DNA from: an uncultured SAR86 cluster bacterium
GTDB lineage: Bacteria; Pseudomonadota; Gammaproteobacteria; Magnimaribacterales; D2472
Assembly (NCBI GenBank): GCA_963926355.1
Contig: CAWUWW010000006.1
Location: 38,872-102,871, forward strand
Direction: 5' to 3'
DNA: 64,000 bases
Shown here: piece by piece, positions 40,577-49,792 of the stretch
How the letters are laid out: each line of letters begins with the position of its first letter
Position numbering within the stretch: position 1 is the stretch's first letter
Notes under the pieces: model-generated
What the model was told of the DNA's origin: nothing
What the model saw: the letters and a program-made list of their open reading frames with translations, nothing else
Database searches by the model: none
Position numbers and translations under genes: made by a program

Positions 40577-41300
40577 ATTTTTTTACCCAAGACTTATTTC
40601 TCTCACGATTCAATATTTGTAATTTAGAGGATAGTAGTACTAAACATAAAACTAATCCGGAAAAGCCTATAACAGAAGCAAATAAGGGATAAAGCATCAA
40701 TGTATCGATAGCTGGCTTATCGCTTATGGTGATTGAGGCAGTTTGATGTAAGGTACTCCACCACTCTACTGACATTTTAATTATTGGAATATTTACAGAG
40801 CCAACTAAAACCAGAATGGCTAAAAATTTATCAGCTTTTTCATTATTAGTGAAAGAGTCATGAAGTGAAATTAGGCCTAAATACATAATAAATAGTATTA
40901 ATGTTGAAATAATTCTAGCATCCCATACCCACCAAGTTCCCCATGTTGGAATGCCCCAAATTGATCCTGAGACCAATGCAATAAAAGTTGTTATGGCACC
41001 TATTGGAGCAATAGATCTGACAAGATAAGCTGATAATTTAACTTTCCAAATTAAAAAAATAGCACTAGCAAAAGCCATCCCAAGATACAGTGATTGAGAG
41101 ATAAATGATGCAGGCACATGAAGGTATATGATTCTGTAGGAATTACCTTGAACGAAATCTTCAGGCGTTAGGAATAAACCCCAAAAAATAGCAACAAGAT
41201 AAATTATTAGCGAAGTAAGAAATATGTATGAATAAGCTTTATCTACCTGCATTAAATAAGTTTTTGGAGAGGCGAATTGATGTATAAACTTTTTTATCAC
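40569..41300 (-). CDS. ccmC: heme exporter protein CcmC
   Basis: WWD motif WGTWWVWDARI. 243 aa with 6 TM segments. Confidence 0.93.
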   Translation of the reverse strand: MIKKFIHQFASPKTYLMQVDKAYSYIFLTSLIIYLVAIFWGLFLTPEDFVQGNSYRIIYLHVPASFISQSLYLGMAFASAIFLIWKVKLSAYLVRSIAPIGAITTFIALVSGSIWGIPTWGTWWVWDARIISTLILFIMYLGLISLHDSFTNNEKADKFLAILVLVGSVNIPIIKMSVEWWSTLHQTASITISDKPAIDTLMLYPLFASVIGFSGLVLCLVLLSSKLQILNRERNKSWVKKYV

Positions 41301-41329
41301 TATATTTAGCTGTGCCAGTTAATAAAAAA

Positions 41330-41977
41330 TTATTCTAAATGCGCTCTAATAACAAATGAAATAATTAATGGAATTATGACTATTATAATTGATAAGACTC
41401 CTAAAAGTAGAATTAGAAAATCAAAATAATTTAAGCCTAGGTTAATAGCTATAACAACTTTTCCTAAAACTACCAATAAGGGAAGAAGTAAGGGCATTGT
41501 TATAAGAGTCCCTAAAACAGAGCCTTTCGTAAGAGTTAATGAGTTACCAAAACAAAATAAATTTAAAAAAATATATGAAGAGATAAGAAGTACTGGGAAG
41601 ATAAGTAAGGCCGTCTCATGTGACGATGTTATGCCTAGACAGTATATGGAACCTATAACTGAAACAGGAACTCCTATAAGAGACCAATAAATTAAAATCT
41701 TAGCTCCAATTATAAATGACAAAGATTTGGTATGAATAACCAATTGCTCTAAAGAGCCATCATTATAATCTTCTAGAAAGATATCTTCTGTTGCAAGCAT
41801 CATCACCAGAAGAACAGCAATCCATAATATTGAAAAAAAAGCCTGTTCTAAATCTTTATTTAAGAATTCTACGGTTAAAGGAAAGGCTGTCATTATTAAA
41901 ATAAAAACAAGGATTGGCCCCAACCAACCTCTAGATTTTTTTCTTAGCTTGAGAAGTTCAAAATATAAGATATTCAT
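41330..41977 (-). CDS. ccmB: heme exporter permease CcmB
   Basis: Polytopic. N-terminus MNILYFELLKLRKK...FPL parallels E. coli CcmB. An alternative ATG at 42013 would overlap ccmA. Confidence 0.85.
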   Translation of the reverse strand: MNILYFELLKLRKKSRGWLGPILVFILIMTAFPLTVEFLNKDLEQAFFSILWIAVLLVMMLATEDIFLEDYNDGSLEQLVIHTKSLSFIIGAKILIYWSLIGVPVSVIGSIYCLGITSSHETALLIFPVLLISSYIFLNLFCFGNSLTLTKGSVLGTLITMPLLLPLLVVLGKVVIAINLGLNYFDFLILLLGVLSIIIVIIPLIISFVIRAHLE

Positions 41978-41984
41978 ATTTTTT

Positions 41985-42563
41985 TTATATATTAAGGCTG
42001 ATAGATTTGGCATCTATATTCAAATTAATATGAGAAGAAAAAATTATTGATTTATTTTTATCTAACTCATCCCGAAGAAATGAAGTCAGAAAAGATTGAG
42101 CTTCATCATCTAAACCTACACAGGGTTCATCCAAAACTAATAATTCTGACTTGTTAAGAAAAATTTTTAACAAGGCTAATTTCTTTTGCTGTCCAAATGA
42201 CAGACTAGATACAACCACATCCAACTTATCATATAAATCTATGTCTTTAAGCAAAGTATAGACACTCTCATTGAGCTTAAGGTTTTGGAGAATTAAATTA
42301 TCTTCAACTGTAAGATACTGTTTTAAAGCATTTTTATGACCTAAATAGCATATATCAGAAGTTAATTTTGCCTCAATAAACCCTTTAGTTGGTTTGGATA
42401 TGCCTAATATAATTCTTAGTAAAGTTGTCTTTCCCGACCCATTAGATCCAGTGATATGTATTGCTGAGCCAGAATTTACTTCAAAAGATATATTTTGAAA
42501 GAGCTTTTTTTCATTAATTTTATAGCTCAGGTTTTCTGCTTTAAAAAGATATGTCATTGTCAT
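41985..42563 (-). CDS. ccmA: heme exporter ATP-binding protein CcmA
   Basis: Walker A GSNGSGKTT, signature LSFGQQKKLAL, Walker B LLVLDEP. 192 aa. Confidence 0.9.
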   Translation of the reverse strand: MTMTYLFKAENLSYKINEKKLFQNISFEVNSGSAIHITGSNGSGKTTLLRIILGISKPTKGFIEAKLTSDICYLGHKNALKQYLTVEDNLILQNLKLNESVYTLLKDIDLYDKLDVVVSSLSFGQQKKLALLKIFLNKSELLVLDEPCVGLDDEAQSFLTSFLRDELDKNKSIIFSSHINLNIDAKSISLNI

Positions 42564-43075
42564 TAATCTAAATTAAGATTCTTAGTTCTTATTATAAGAG
42601 CAGGAAGTGGTTTTTGTGGATCTATTCTTGAATAAAATCTTTTTGAAATTTCTGAAAAATGAGATGAATCAAAGACACCCATTCCTCCAACTGAAAAATA
42701 TAAGCGCTTGCTAAAATAAATACCCTGCTCGAGATTAGGTATGCTTCTTACTATAGTAGTAACTCTTTTTATATTTTGTATGATATTTTTTCTTGCCTGG
42801 CTAAACTCAAACCAACCCCAAGAAGATAGCCCTATTAAGGCAATTTTTTTCAATGCATCTTTGGCATCAGTATTTGGAAAGGAAGATGGGGGAAGAAGAA
42901 CAATTATCTCCCCTTTTGCACTAGAGATTAATAGATCTAAATCATTTTCACTTGATAGAGATTCGGTTTGATTTGATAAAATATATTCCTCGTACTTATT
43001 CGCAGGAGGTAATTTTACATTCTTTAATCTAGTTTTTGAGCCAAGAACTATGTATGTAACTAATTCTTGACTCAA
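42563..43075 (-). CDS. hypothetical protein translationally coupled to ccmA
   Basis: 170 aa and soluble. The TAATG junction shares 1 nt with the ccmA ATG. GIYFSKRLYFSVGGMGVFD weakly recalls the GT-A glycosyltransferase C-terminal region, but no DxD motif is recognised. Confidence 0.4.
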   Translation of the reverse strand: MSQELVTYIVLGSKTRLKNVKLPPANKYEEYILSNQTESLSSENDLDLLISSAKGEIIVLLPPSSFPNTDAKDALKKIALIGLSSWGWFEFSQARKNIIQNIKRVTTIVRSIPNLEQGIYFSKRLYFSVGGMGVFDSSHFSEISKRFYSRIDPQKPLPALIIRTKNLNLD

Positions 43076-43083
43076 AATATTAT

Positions 43084-44376
43084 TTAGATTTTAGATAGTG
43101 CTTGTTCATAGTCAGCAATAATATCATCTATATGTTCCAAACCAATCGAAAGCCTTACAAAGCTCGGAGAAACTCCTGCTGATGCTAGCTCTTCAGGTGT
43201 AAGTTGGCTATGCGTAGTACTTGCTGGATGAATAGCAAGACTTCTAGAATCGCCAATATTTGCAACGTGATAAACCATCTCAAGTGCATTAATAAATTTT
43301 TTACCAGCCTCTACTCCGCCTTTAATTTCAAAGCCCATTAATCCTCCATTGCCACGGGTTAAGTACTTTTCTGCTCTTTCTTTGGCATGGCCTTCCATAA
43401 GCGAAGGATATATAACTTTTTCTACAGAGTCATGATTTGATAGGTATTGAGCTATCTTTTCTGCATTGCTGCAATGTTCTCTCATTCTCAAGGCCAAGGT
43501 TTCAAGGCCTTGAATAAACATAAATGCATTAAAAGGACTCATTGCTGCCCCCATATCTCTTAGGATGGTTGTCCTAGCTTTAAGAATATACGCTATAGGA
43601 CCAAGAGGCTTAACAGCTTCAGTCCATATAGCACCGCCATAAGATGGATCAGGACTGTTTAGAGCTGGCTGTCTATCTGGAAATGATTCCCAGTCAAAGT
43701 TACCACTATCAACAATTATTCCACCAATTGAAGTACCGTGACCGCCAATAAATTTAGTTGTTGAGTGAATTATTATTGCAGCACCATGATCAAATGGCTT
43801 ACAAATAACAGGAGCGGCAGTATTATCTACAATTAATGGAATTCCTAAAGGTCTTCCTAATTCGGCAACCTCTGAAATAGGAAATACTTCAAAACTTGGA
43901 TTAGGTAAAACTTCTCCATAATAAGCCCTGGTCTTATCATCCGTAGCATTTAGGAAGTTCTGTGGATCAGCTGGATCAACAAACCTAACCTCAATACCCA
44001 TATCTGACATTGAATTTTTAAATTGGTTGTAAGTTCCTCCATATAGATGAGAAGAAGCAACTATATTATCGCCATTTTTAGCAATATTTTGAATAGCCAT
44101 TGCCGAAGCAGCCTGTCCTGAGGCTACAGCCAAAGCACCGACACCGCCTTCTAGGGCTGCAATTCTATCTTCTAAAACTGCGCAAGTAGGATTCATTATT
44201 CTTGAATAAATATTTCCTAATTCAGATAAAGAAAAAAGGTTAGCAGCATGATCACAGTCATCAAATAGGAAACTTGAAGTTTGATGAATAGGAACAGCAA
44301 CTGAGTTTGTGTTTTCGTCCTTTCTCCACCCTGCATGGAGACCAATTGTTTCAGGGTTTGTATATATTTTGCTCAT
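43084..44376 (-). CDS. metY: O-acetylhomoserine aminocarboxypropyltransferase (sulfhydrylase)
   Basis: 430 aa. PLP-lysine context HSTTKFIGGHGT, SRIMNPT, and the Cys/Met-metabolism PLP enzyme pattern throughout. Confidence 0.9.
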   Translation of the reverse strand: MSKIYTNPETIGLHAGWRKDENTNSVAVPIHQTSSFLFDDCDHAANLFSLSELGNIYSRIMNPTCAVLEDRIAALEGGVGALAVASGQAASAMAIQNIAKNGDNIVASSHLYGGTYNQFKNSMSDMGIEVRFVDPADPQNFLNATDDKTRAYYGEVLPNPSFEVFPISEVAELGRPLGIPLIVDNTAAPVICKPFDHGAAIIIHSTTKFIGGHGTSIGGIIVDSGNFDWESFPDRQPALNSPDPSYGGAIWTEAVKPLGPIAYILKARTTILRDMGAAMSPFNAFMFIQGLETLALRMREHCSNAEKIAQYLSNHDSVEKVIYPSLMEGHAKERAEKYLTRGNGGLMGFEIKGGVEAGKKFINALEMVYHVANIGDSRSLAIHPASTTHSQLTPEELASAGVSPSFVRLSIGLEHIDDIIADYEQALSKI

Positions 44377-44435
44377 AATGAATCCTTTAAATAAAGTTAA
44401 AAATTCAGCATAAAGGGAAGTATTAGTTCTAGGTT

Positions 44436-44484
44436 CTCTCTTTAGCCAATTTAGAACGCCGGCAAGCTGAAATCAAAAGGCGTA
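44436..44484 (-). ncRNA. candidate SAM-II/SAM-V-class riboswitch aptamer (H-type pseudoknot) in the metY leader
   Basis: Minus strand: ACGCC-UUUUGAUUUCAGCUUGCC-GGCGU-UCUAAAUU-GGCUAAAG. P1 is ACGCC/GGCGU. Loop UUU(C)AGCU pairs with the 3' tail GGCUAAA. The U-rich 5' loop strand is available for triplex formation. Confidence 0.45.
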
Positions 44485-44489
44485 AAATT

Positions 44490-44517
44490 ATTATATTGAA
44501 AAAAATATAAATAACAA
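44490..44517 (-). promoter_or_regulatory. sigma70-type promoter for metY (TTGTTA-N16-TATAAT)
   Basis: -10 TATAAT at 44495-44490 and -35 TTGTTA at 44517-44512 (minus strand). The predicted start falls about 6-7 nt downstream, at the first base of the P1 helix. Confidence 0.55.
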
Positions 44518-44589
44518 TAGTTATAGCTTGATATTACTAGCATGTTCTACCTAAATAACTATAATTGAGATTTTAACGATAATAAAACC

Positions 44590-44988
44590 ATGGCAAAAAA
44601 ATATAATAATTTTAGAATTGGCGGATCACCTCATAATGTTAATGAAGATTATGCTGTATGGACAAACGACCTTTTACAAAGAGTTATTGCAAGTAAAACT
44701 GTAATCCAACCTAGTAAATCTACGCATGGCCACAAGTTAATTGATTCAGATGTTGTCTATATTATTACCAACGGAAGAGGAACTATGGAGGTTGTTGAAT
44801 ATGCAAATTCTGATGAGGGGCATGGATCTAATCCATCCTATGGAATTGAGCATAAAGACTCATACGACCTATCTTCTGGTGATGTTATTCTTATAGAATC
44901 AGGTGACTACTGCAAAGTAATTAACGACTCTGACCATGATCAGCTTACCTATCTAAGAATATTTGATAGAGGTGGCTGGAGAAAGTAA
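44590..44988 (+). CDS. small cupin-like protein
   Basis: 132 aa. Beta-rich pattern with HGHKL...VVYIITNGRGTMEV...GDVILIESGDYCKVIN resembles a cupin two-motif layout. Confidence 0.45.
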   Translation: MAKKYNNFRIGGSPHNVNEDYAVWTNDLLQRVIASKTVIQPSKSTHGHKLIDSDVVYIITNGRGTMEVVEYANSDEGHGSNPSYGIEHKDSYDLSSGDVILIESGDYCKVINDSDHDQLTYLRIFDRGGWRK

Positions 44989-45011
44989 ATTTTCTTCTTT
45001 ATAACCACTTC

Positions 45012-45371
45012 ATGAAAGATAAACTAGGAATATTTTTTTCAGGGCTCTGTGTAGTTCATTGCGTACTGTTTAGCTTATTGATTTGGGGTGGTGTTGGATC
45101 GGCAAGTTTTTTAAGCCTTTCTGAAGAGTTAGTTCACCCTATTTTATTAGTATTTGTTTTTATTGTAGGCCTAGTAAGCTTTCCTTCAGCCTACTTTGAC
45201 CACAAAAGATTAGAGCCTATGGCTTTAGGATTAATTGGAACTATAGGCCTTCTCGTGGCATTATTTCTAAATACTACGCTTGAGGTTGTTACAACTTTAT
45301 TAAGCGGATCAATGCTTATTGCAGCCCATCTTTGGAATCACAGACTTAGAAATAAGCTTAATTTAAGTTAA
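45012..45371 (+). CDS. MerC-domain-like membrane protein
   Basis: 119 aa with 4 TM segments. The N-terminal LGIFFSGLCVVHCVLFSLL pattern is typical of MerC-family proteins. Confidence 0.5.
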   Translation: MKDKLGIFFSGLCVVHCVLFSLLIWGGVGSASFLSLSEELVHPILLVFVFIVGLVSFPSAYFDHKRLEPMALGLIGTIGLLVALFLNTTLEVVTTLLSGSMLIAAHLWNHRLRNKLNLS

Positions 45372-46356
45372 TTCTAGCAACCATTGGAAAGTGATCAGAG
45401 ACACCTTTTTTTGTCTTAGGATCAAACCTGTGAGGCTTACCTGAGTCTTTATAGGTATTAAAGTCTGTTTTTAAAACGTTGATACTATCTTTATCAAAAG
45501 ATACACCTCTATCTCTTGAAACAAATATAGTATCAAGAAAATCCCAAGACTTCCCGTAACTATAATAGTAAGAGCCTTTGCAGGACAAGCACCCTTCCCT
45601 ATGGGCTACATACCATTGATCTTCCTGATTCTTATAAACACCTTCTTTAAGATCGTCTTTAGAGTTAAGGTTGAAATCACCAAGTGCAATAGAAGCATCG
45701 GAATGATAAAGTTGAAGTTCTTTTAATAAATCAAATGATTCAATCCTCATCTGTAGATCATTAAAATTTGATGGGAAATGAACGTTATATATCCTTATTT
45801 TTTTGTTATTTAAAAATATGCTAGCTTCAAGAATTGGGCGCGTATCTTTTTTTTCAAATTGAGGAGAGAACTTAACATAATGAAGTTTTGGATCTGACAT
45901 TTTGAATTTGGAAATAAAAGCATTATCAATACCTCTCTTATCAGTTCCCTCAACAAGAACATAATCAATATATCCATAAGGCTTAAGCAGAATATAAAGT
46001 TGTTCTAAAATATTATTATTTTCAACTTCTTGCAATGCAATAATATCAGCGCCAGTATTGTCATAAGAAATAATATTTTTAACAAGATTGGCCAGCTTTG
46101 CATTCTTGGTGTCTTCATTCCAATCCAAATATAGACACTCCATTCTCCACGCCTTTACATTAATGTTATGGCATGAATTTATATGTTCAAAAGATTCTTT
46201 ATTTTCAATGGGGAGAAAAGCCTTATCGTCCTTATCTACATCGTCTAAGGTATCGAAAAGGTTTTGAGCATTAAGATTCATAATACTAAAAGACTCAGAG
46301 TAAAGATTGGGTATTAACAGGATGAAAAATAAAAATAATTGAATTTTAGCTAACAT
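45358..46356 (-). CDS. secreted endonuclease/exonuclease/phosphatase (EEP) family protein
   Basis: Signal peptide. N-terminal SIMNLNAQNLF, ALQEVEN, GDFNL and C-terminal SDHFPMVARI are the EEP catalytic motifs. Confidence 0.8.
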   Translation of the reverse strand: MLAKIQLFLFFILLIPNLYSESFSIMNLNAQNLFDTLDDVDKDDKAFLPIENKESFEHINSCHNINVKAWRMECLYLDWNEDTKNAKLANLVKNIISYDNTGADIIALQEVENNNILEQLYILLKPYGYIDYVLVEGTDKRGIDNAFISKFKMSDPKLHYVKFSPQFEKKDTRPILEASIFLNNKKIRIYNVHFPSNFNDLQMRIESFDLLKELQLYHSDASIALGDFNLNSKDDLKEGVYKNQEDQWYVAHREGCLSCKGSYYYSYGKSWDFLDTIFVSRDRGVSFDKDSINVLKTDFNTYKDSGKPHRFDPKTKKGVSDHFPMVARINLN

Positions 46357-46830
46357 TTATAAATCTCTTATTTTTAGCTTCAGATTAAAGGGAAAATTCT
46401 CATTAATTTTATTAGCAGCTTGATAGTTTAATAAATTCTTAAGCCTATTATCATCAAAATCGGTAACCTTTCTTGCGTTCAGGTCCATGTGCCCAAGAAC
46501 AGTTTCAAATATAGCCGCAAGGTCACCCTCTTCGTTTAGGAGTATTCCAACAAAATGCAGTAGTTTATTGTTAACGTTATATAAATAAAATGATGGATAT
46601 ACCTTATCTCCGAGTCTGAATTCTTTAAGGTACCTAATACTATCCTCAAGGGTAAAAGTTGAAAAACCGCTTTCTACATACTCAGGGCTAAAATCTAGTT
46701 CTTTAATATACATAGAGGTGTAACAGCTATCAAACATTTTGTAATAGTAGTTAACATTCATGTGTTTATTGTGATCACACATATCCTGAGAAACAGTTAT
46801 TGGATCAGATAAATAAGGTAATGGATTCAT
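46357..46830 (-). CDS. hotdog-fold (4HBT-like) acyl-CoA thioesterase family protein
   Basis: 157 aa. The N-terminal CDHNKHMNVNYYYKMFD resembles the D.N.H..N..Y..yf catalytic region of 4HBT thioesterases. Confidence 0.5.
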   Translation of the reverse strand: MNPLPYLSDPITVSQDMCDHNKHMNVNYYYKMFDSCYTSMYIKELDFSPEYVESGFSTFTLEDSIRYLKEFRLGDKVYPSFYLYNVNNKLLHFVGILLNEEGDLAAIFETVLGHMDLNARKVTDFDDNRLKNLLNYQAANKINENFPFNLKLKIRDL

Positions 46831-46849
46831 AATATAGATAGTATGGGCT

Positions 46850-46874
46850 AAAAAAAAAGCCCAGTAAACTGGGC
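46850..46874 (-). terminator. rho-independent terminator after the 903-aa TonB-dependent receptor
   Basis: Minus strand: GCCCAG-UUUA-CUGGGC followed by U9. Confidence 0.85.
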
Positions 46875-46897
46875 TTTTAAAATATCTTTTTTAAATT

Positions 46898-49609
46898 CTA
46901 GAAAGACGTACCAAACTTAAGACCCCATGTTCTTGGGTCAGTAAATGAACCGTATAGCTGACCACCTTGAAGGTTACTAGCTGCACGGATTGAATTTAAC
47001 TGTCTGTCGTCAGCAAGATTCTTAGCATATAAAGATACATACCAATCAGCGTCATTAGGCTCATGCTTAACTACAAGATCCCATGTTTTTTGCTCAGGGA
47101 TATCAAATCTAGACATTCCAAAAGGATCGCCGTTAGCAGCTCCTCTGAATCTGTAAGCAATTCTAGCTGAAGTCATTCCATTATCAGTATTGATCATTTG
47201 TGTATAAGCTAAACTGTATGACAAGTCAGTAGTTCCTGGTAAATCAAAACCGTTAAGGTTTACTTCAGTACCAGCAGCTGCAGGACAGCCAGCTGAGAAT
47301 GAGAATGGAACCGTACAATTATATCCAGCTGATTTAAATGCAACTACACCATTGTTACCAACAGCACCTGTTAAACCACCGATAGCATCAAGATTACCAA
47401 GATATGCAGCAGTTCCAGTGGCATTTGTTGGATTCATGTAATTAACAGCCATAGTGTCATTAGTGATTTCATTTTTAGCTTTTAACCAGCTAAATTCAAC
47501 CAAACTAGTTTCTGATAGGTATAAGGACATAAGGCCTTCAAAACCCATGATTTCAGCATCGGCATTGTAGTTATGTGATCCTTGATCTTCGATAGTAGCT
47601 AATAACATCCCTTGATTATTGTTATGGAATATATTCATATTTAAAAGCATTGCTCCATCAAGTAAAATGCTTTTTATACCAAAGTCTAGAACTCCAGTTT
47701 CTTCTTGGTCATAAGTATCAGGATTTGATCCTGCATTAACACCACCAGCTTTTATAGCAGTACTGTAGCTACCATAAACCATTATGTCGTTTGAAATATC
47801 ATGCTGTAATGCAATTTTATAAGCAAAAGCATCATCTGTTTGAACTTTATATTGGCTATATCCTAAATCCATTCTATTAACATCTGGTTTAGAAGGTCCG
47901 CCATATGCAATCCAAAGCTGCCCAGCTAAATCGTTGTAGTTCATACTTGCAACAGTATCGTCATTATAACGAGCGCCTAAAGTAAGTTTAGTTGCATCTG
48001 AAAGATCAACATACAACTCACCGTATAAAGCTTTTGATTTAATTCTTACGTGCTGATCACTAATAGTTCCACCAAGGTCCCAAGGAACAACAGCATCAGG
48101 ATTGCCATAGACAGCCATAACAGCAGCCATATCAGCAAAACCAGTGGCAGCAGCGCCTAATACAGACTGATAAAATGCAACTCCACCTTTTTTAGACCAA
48201 TCTAAACCAAGGCTTTGCATAACTGCATTGTAAGGATGATTTGCAAAACTTGTCATGATTTGAGTACCAGCAGTTTGAACTCTGTACTCGTTATCATTTC
48301 TTTGATCATAATTGTAGTAACCAACAGTGAAGTTAACAGGACCGTCATAGTCTGAAACTAAGTTAATTTCTGCTTGGTCAGACCAAGTGCTCACGTCAGA
48401 AAAGTTATAAGCTCTATCAGTAGTAACTACTTCACAGAATTGTTTTTGGCCACCAAAACATAAATTTGCTGAAATTGGAGGCAATCCAAGAGCTGCTAAA
48501 GCACCTGTTAATGGAGCAGAAGATATACTACCGTCATCATCATTCATTTGATGAAAATCTCTATTATCATAAGAGTACTTAATAATCATTCTTAATGAGT
48601 CATTAATATCATGGTTAAGCTCTAAATTTGCAATTGAAACATCTTGCTCATGCGTAGGCTCTCTATCAAGGTATAAAGTACCAAATCCATCAGACAATGA
48701 AGCACCGTATCTATTTGCAATTACTCCAGAATCTAGTAGTCCAAGAAATCCAAATAAACCAGCAACGTGACCTCTTGTATCTGCAGCAGTGTTTATACTG
48801 CCTCTTTCATAAGGACTACATCCATAAAACTGATCTTGTTTACAAAAAGTGACTTCTTCTTGTGGTCTGTTGTCATCACTAGATTGCTCTGAATAAGTTA
48901 ATTTTAATTGTGTTGTATCAGAAATATCCCAATCTAGTGAAAGTCTTAGACCTAGATCATTTCTGTCATCCATTTTATTTCCAGTAGCACCGTTAGTGAC
49001 CATTCCATCTCTTTTATTAGACATAACAGCCAATCTTGTTCTTACAGAATCTGAAAGAGGAAGGTTTATAACAGCATTAGTTGTTTGCTTACCCCAAGTA
49101 CCCACTTCAATATCAACACTTCCTTCTACTTCGCTTGAAGGTCTAGCTGTAACTAAGTTAATAACTCCAGCAACTGAATTTCTTCCAAATAATGTTCCTT
49201 GAGGTCCTTTAAGAACTTCAATTCTTTCAAGATCCATAAAGCCCATGTCATTCATATAACTAACATTAGTACTATGACCATTAACCGATGTAACCATTGA
49301 GGAAACAACAGCAGCTCCAACTCCGTAAGAGCCGATACCTCTCATAGTAAAACCTGAACCAGAACCAACACCTTTAGCTACTTCAAAACCAGGAACCACT
49401 TCTGCCAAATCTGTTAAGTCATAGATTTGATCAGCTGATAATTGGTCGCTTGAAAAAGCTTCAATTGATAAAGCAAGATCTTGAATAGATTCTGCTTTCT
49501 TGGTTGCGGTAACAACTACTTCCTCGATCTCTTGTGCAGAAGCTGCAACAGAGATGAATACTATATTAAGTAGTAACGCATTTTTTAAAAATAATTTTAT
49601 ATTTGACAT
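46898..49609 (-). CDS. TonB-dependent receptor
   Basis: Signal peptide, TonB box EEVVVTA, plug motif IEVLKGPQGTLFGRNSVAGVIN, 22-strand-sized barrel, C-terminal ...TWGLKFGTSF ending in Phe. Confidence 0.92.
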   Translation of the reverse strand: MSNIKLFLKNALLLNIVFISVAASAQEIEEVVVTATKKAESIQDLALSIEAFSSDQLSADQIYDLTDLAEVVPGFEVAKGVGSGSGFTMRGIGSYGVGAAVVSSMVTSVNGHSTNVSYMNDMGFMDLERIEVLKGPQGTLFGRNSVAGVINLVTARPSSEVEGSVDIEVGTWGKQTTNAVINLPLSDSVRTRLAVMSNKRDGMVTNGATGNKMDDRNDLGLRLSLDWDISDTTQLKLTYSEQSSDDNRPQEEVTFCKQDQFYGCSPYERGSINTAADTRGHVAGLFGFLGLLDSGVIANRYGASLSDGFGTLYLDREPTHEQDVSIANLELNHDINDSLRMIIKYSYDNRDFHQMNDDDGSISSAPLTGALAALGLPPISANLCFGGQKQFCEVVTTDRAYNFSDVSTWSDQAEINLVSDYDGPVNFTVGYYNYDQRNDNEYRVQTAGTQIMTSFANHPYNAVMQSLGLDWSKKGGVAFYQSVLGAAATGFADMAAVMAVYGNPDAVVPWDLGGTISDQHVRIKSKALYGELYVDLSDATKLTLGARYNDDTVASMNYNDLAGQLWIAYGGPSKPDVNRMDLGYSQYKVQTDDAFAYKIALQHDISNDIMVYGSYSTAIKAGGVNAGSNPDTYDQEETGVLDFGIKSILLDGAMLLNMNIFHNNNQGMLLATIEDQGSHNYNADAEIMGFEGLMSLYLSETSLVEFSWLKAKNEITNDTMAVNYMNPTNATGTAAYLGNLDAIGGLTGAVGNNGVVAFKSAGYNCTVPFSFSAGCPAAAGTEVNLNGFDLPGTTDLSYSLAYTQMINTDNGMTSARIAYRFRGAANGDPFGMSRFDIPEQKTWDLVVKHEPNDADWYVSLYAKNLADDRQLNSIRAASNLQGGQLYGSFTDPRTWGLKFGTSF

Positions 49610-49745
49610 GATTTCCCCTTGTGAATGTCTATTTACAAATCGTAGAGTAGGCTAATTAGAGAGAAAATTAACTAAAAATTGCATACAAATTATATATATA
49701 AATATAATTGGTATTTCATGATCTATTAGATTATTTTTACAACAC

Positions 49746-49769
49746 AAAAAAAAGGCTGGTAAACCAGCC
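49746..49769 (-). terminator. rho-independent terminator after the 964-aa TonB-dependent receptor
   Basis: Minus strand: GGCUGG-UUUA-CCAGCC followed by U8. Confidence 0.85.
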
Positions 49770-49792
49770 TTTTAATTAACTAATCCTTTTAA

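Noticed and set aside
49610-49745. Possible cobalamin, TPP or other riboswitch in the TBDR leaders (also 52688-52808).
   Set aside because: The leaders are only about 100-130 nt, extremely AT-rich, and show no conserved riboswitch cores (no B12 box, no TPP CUGAGA element).
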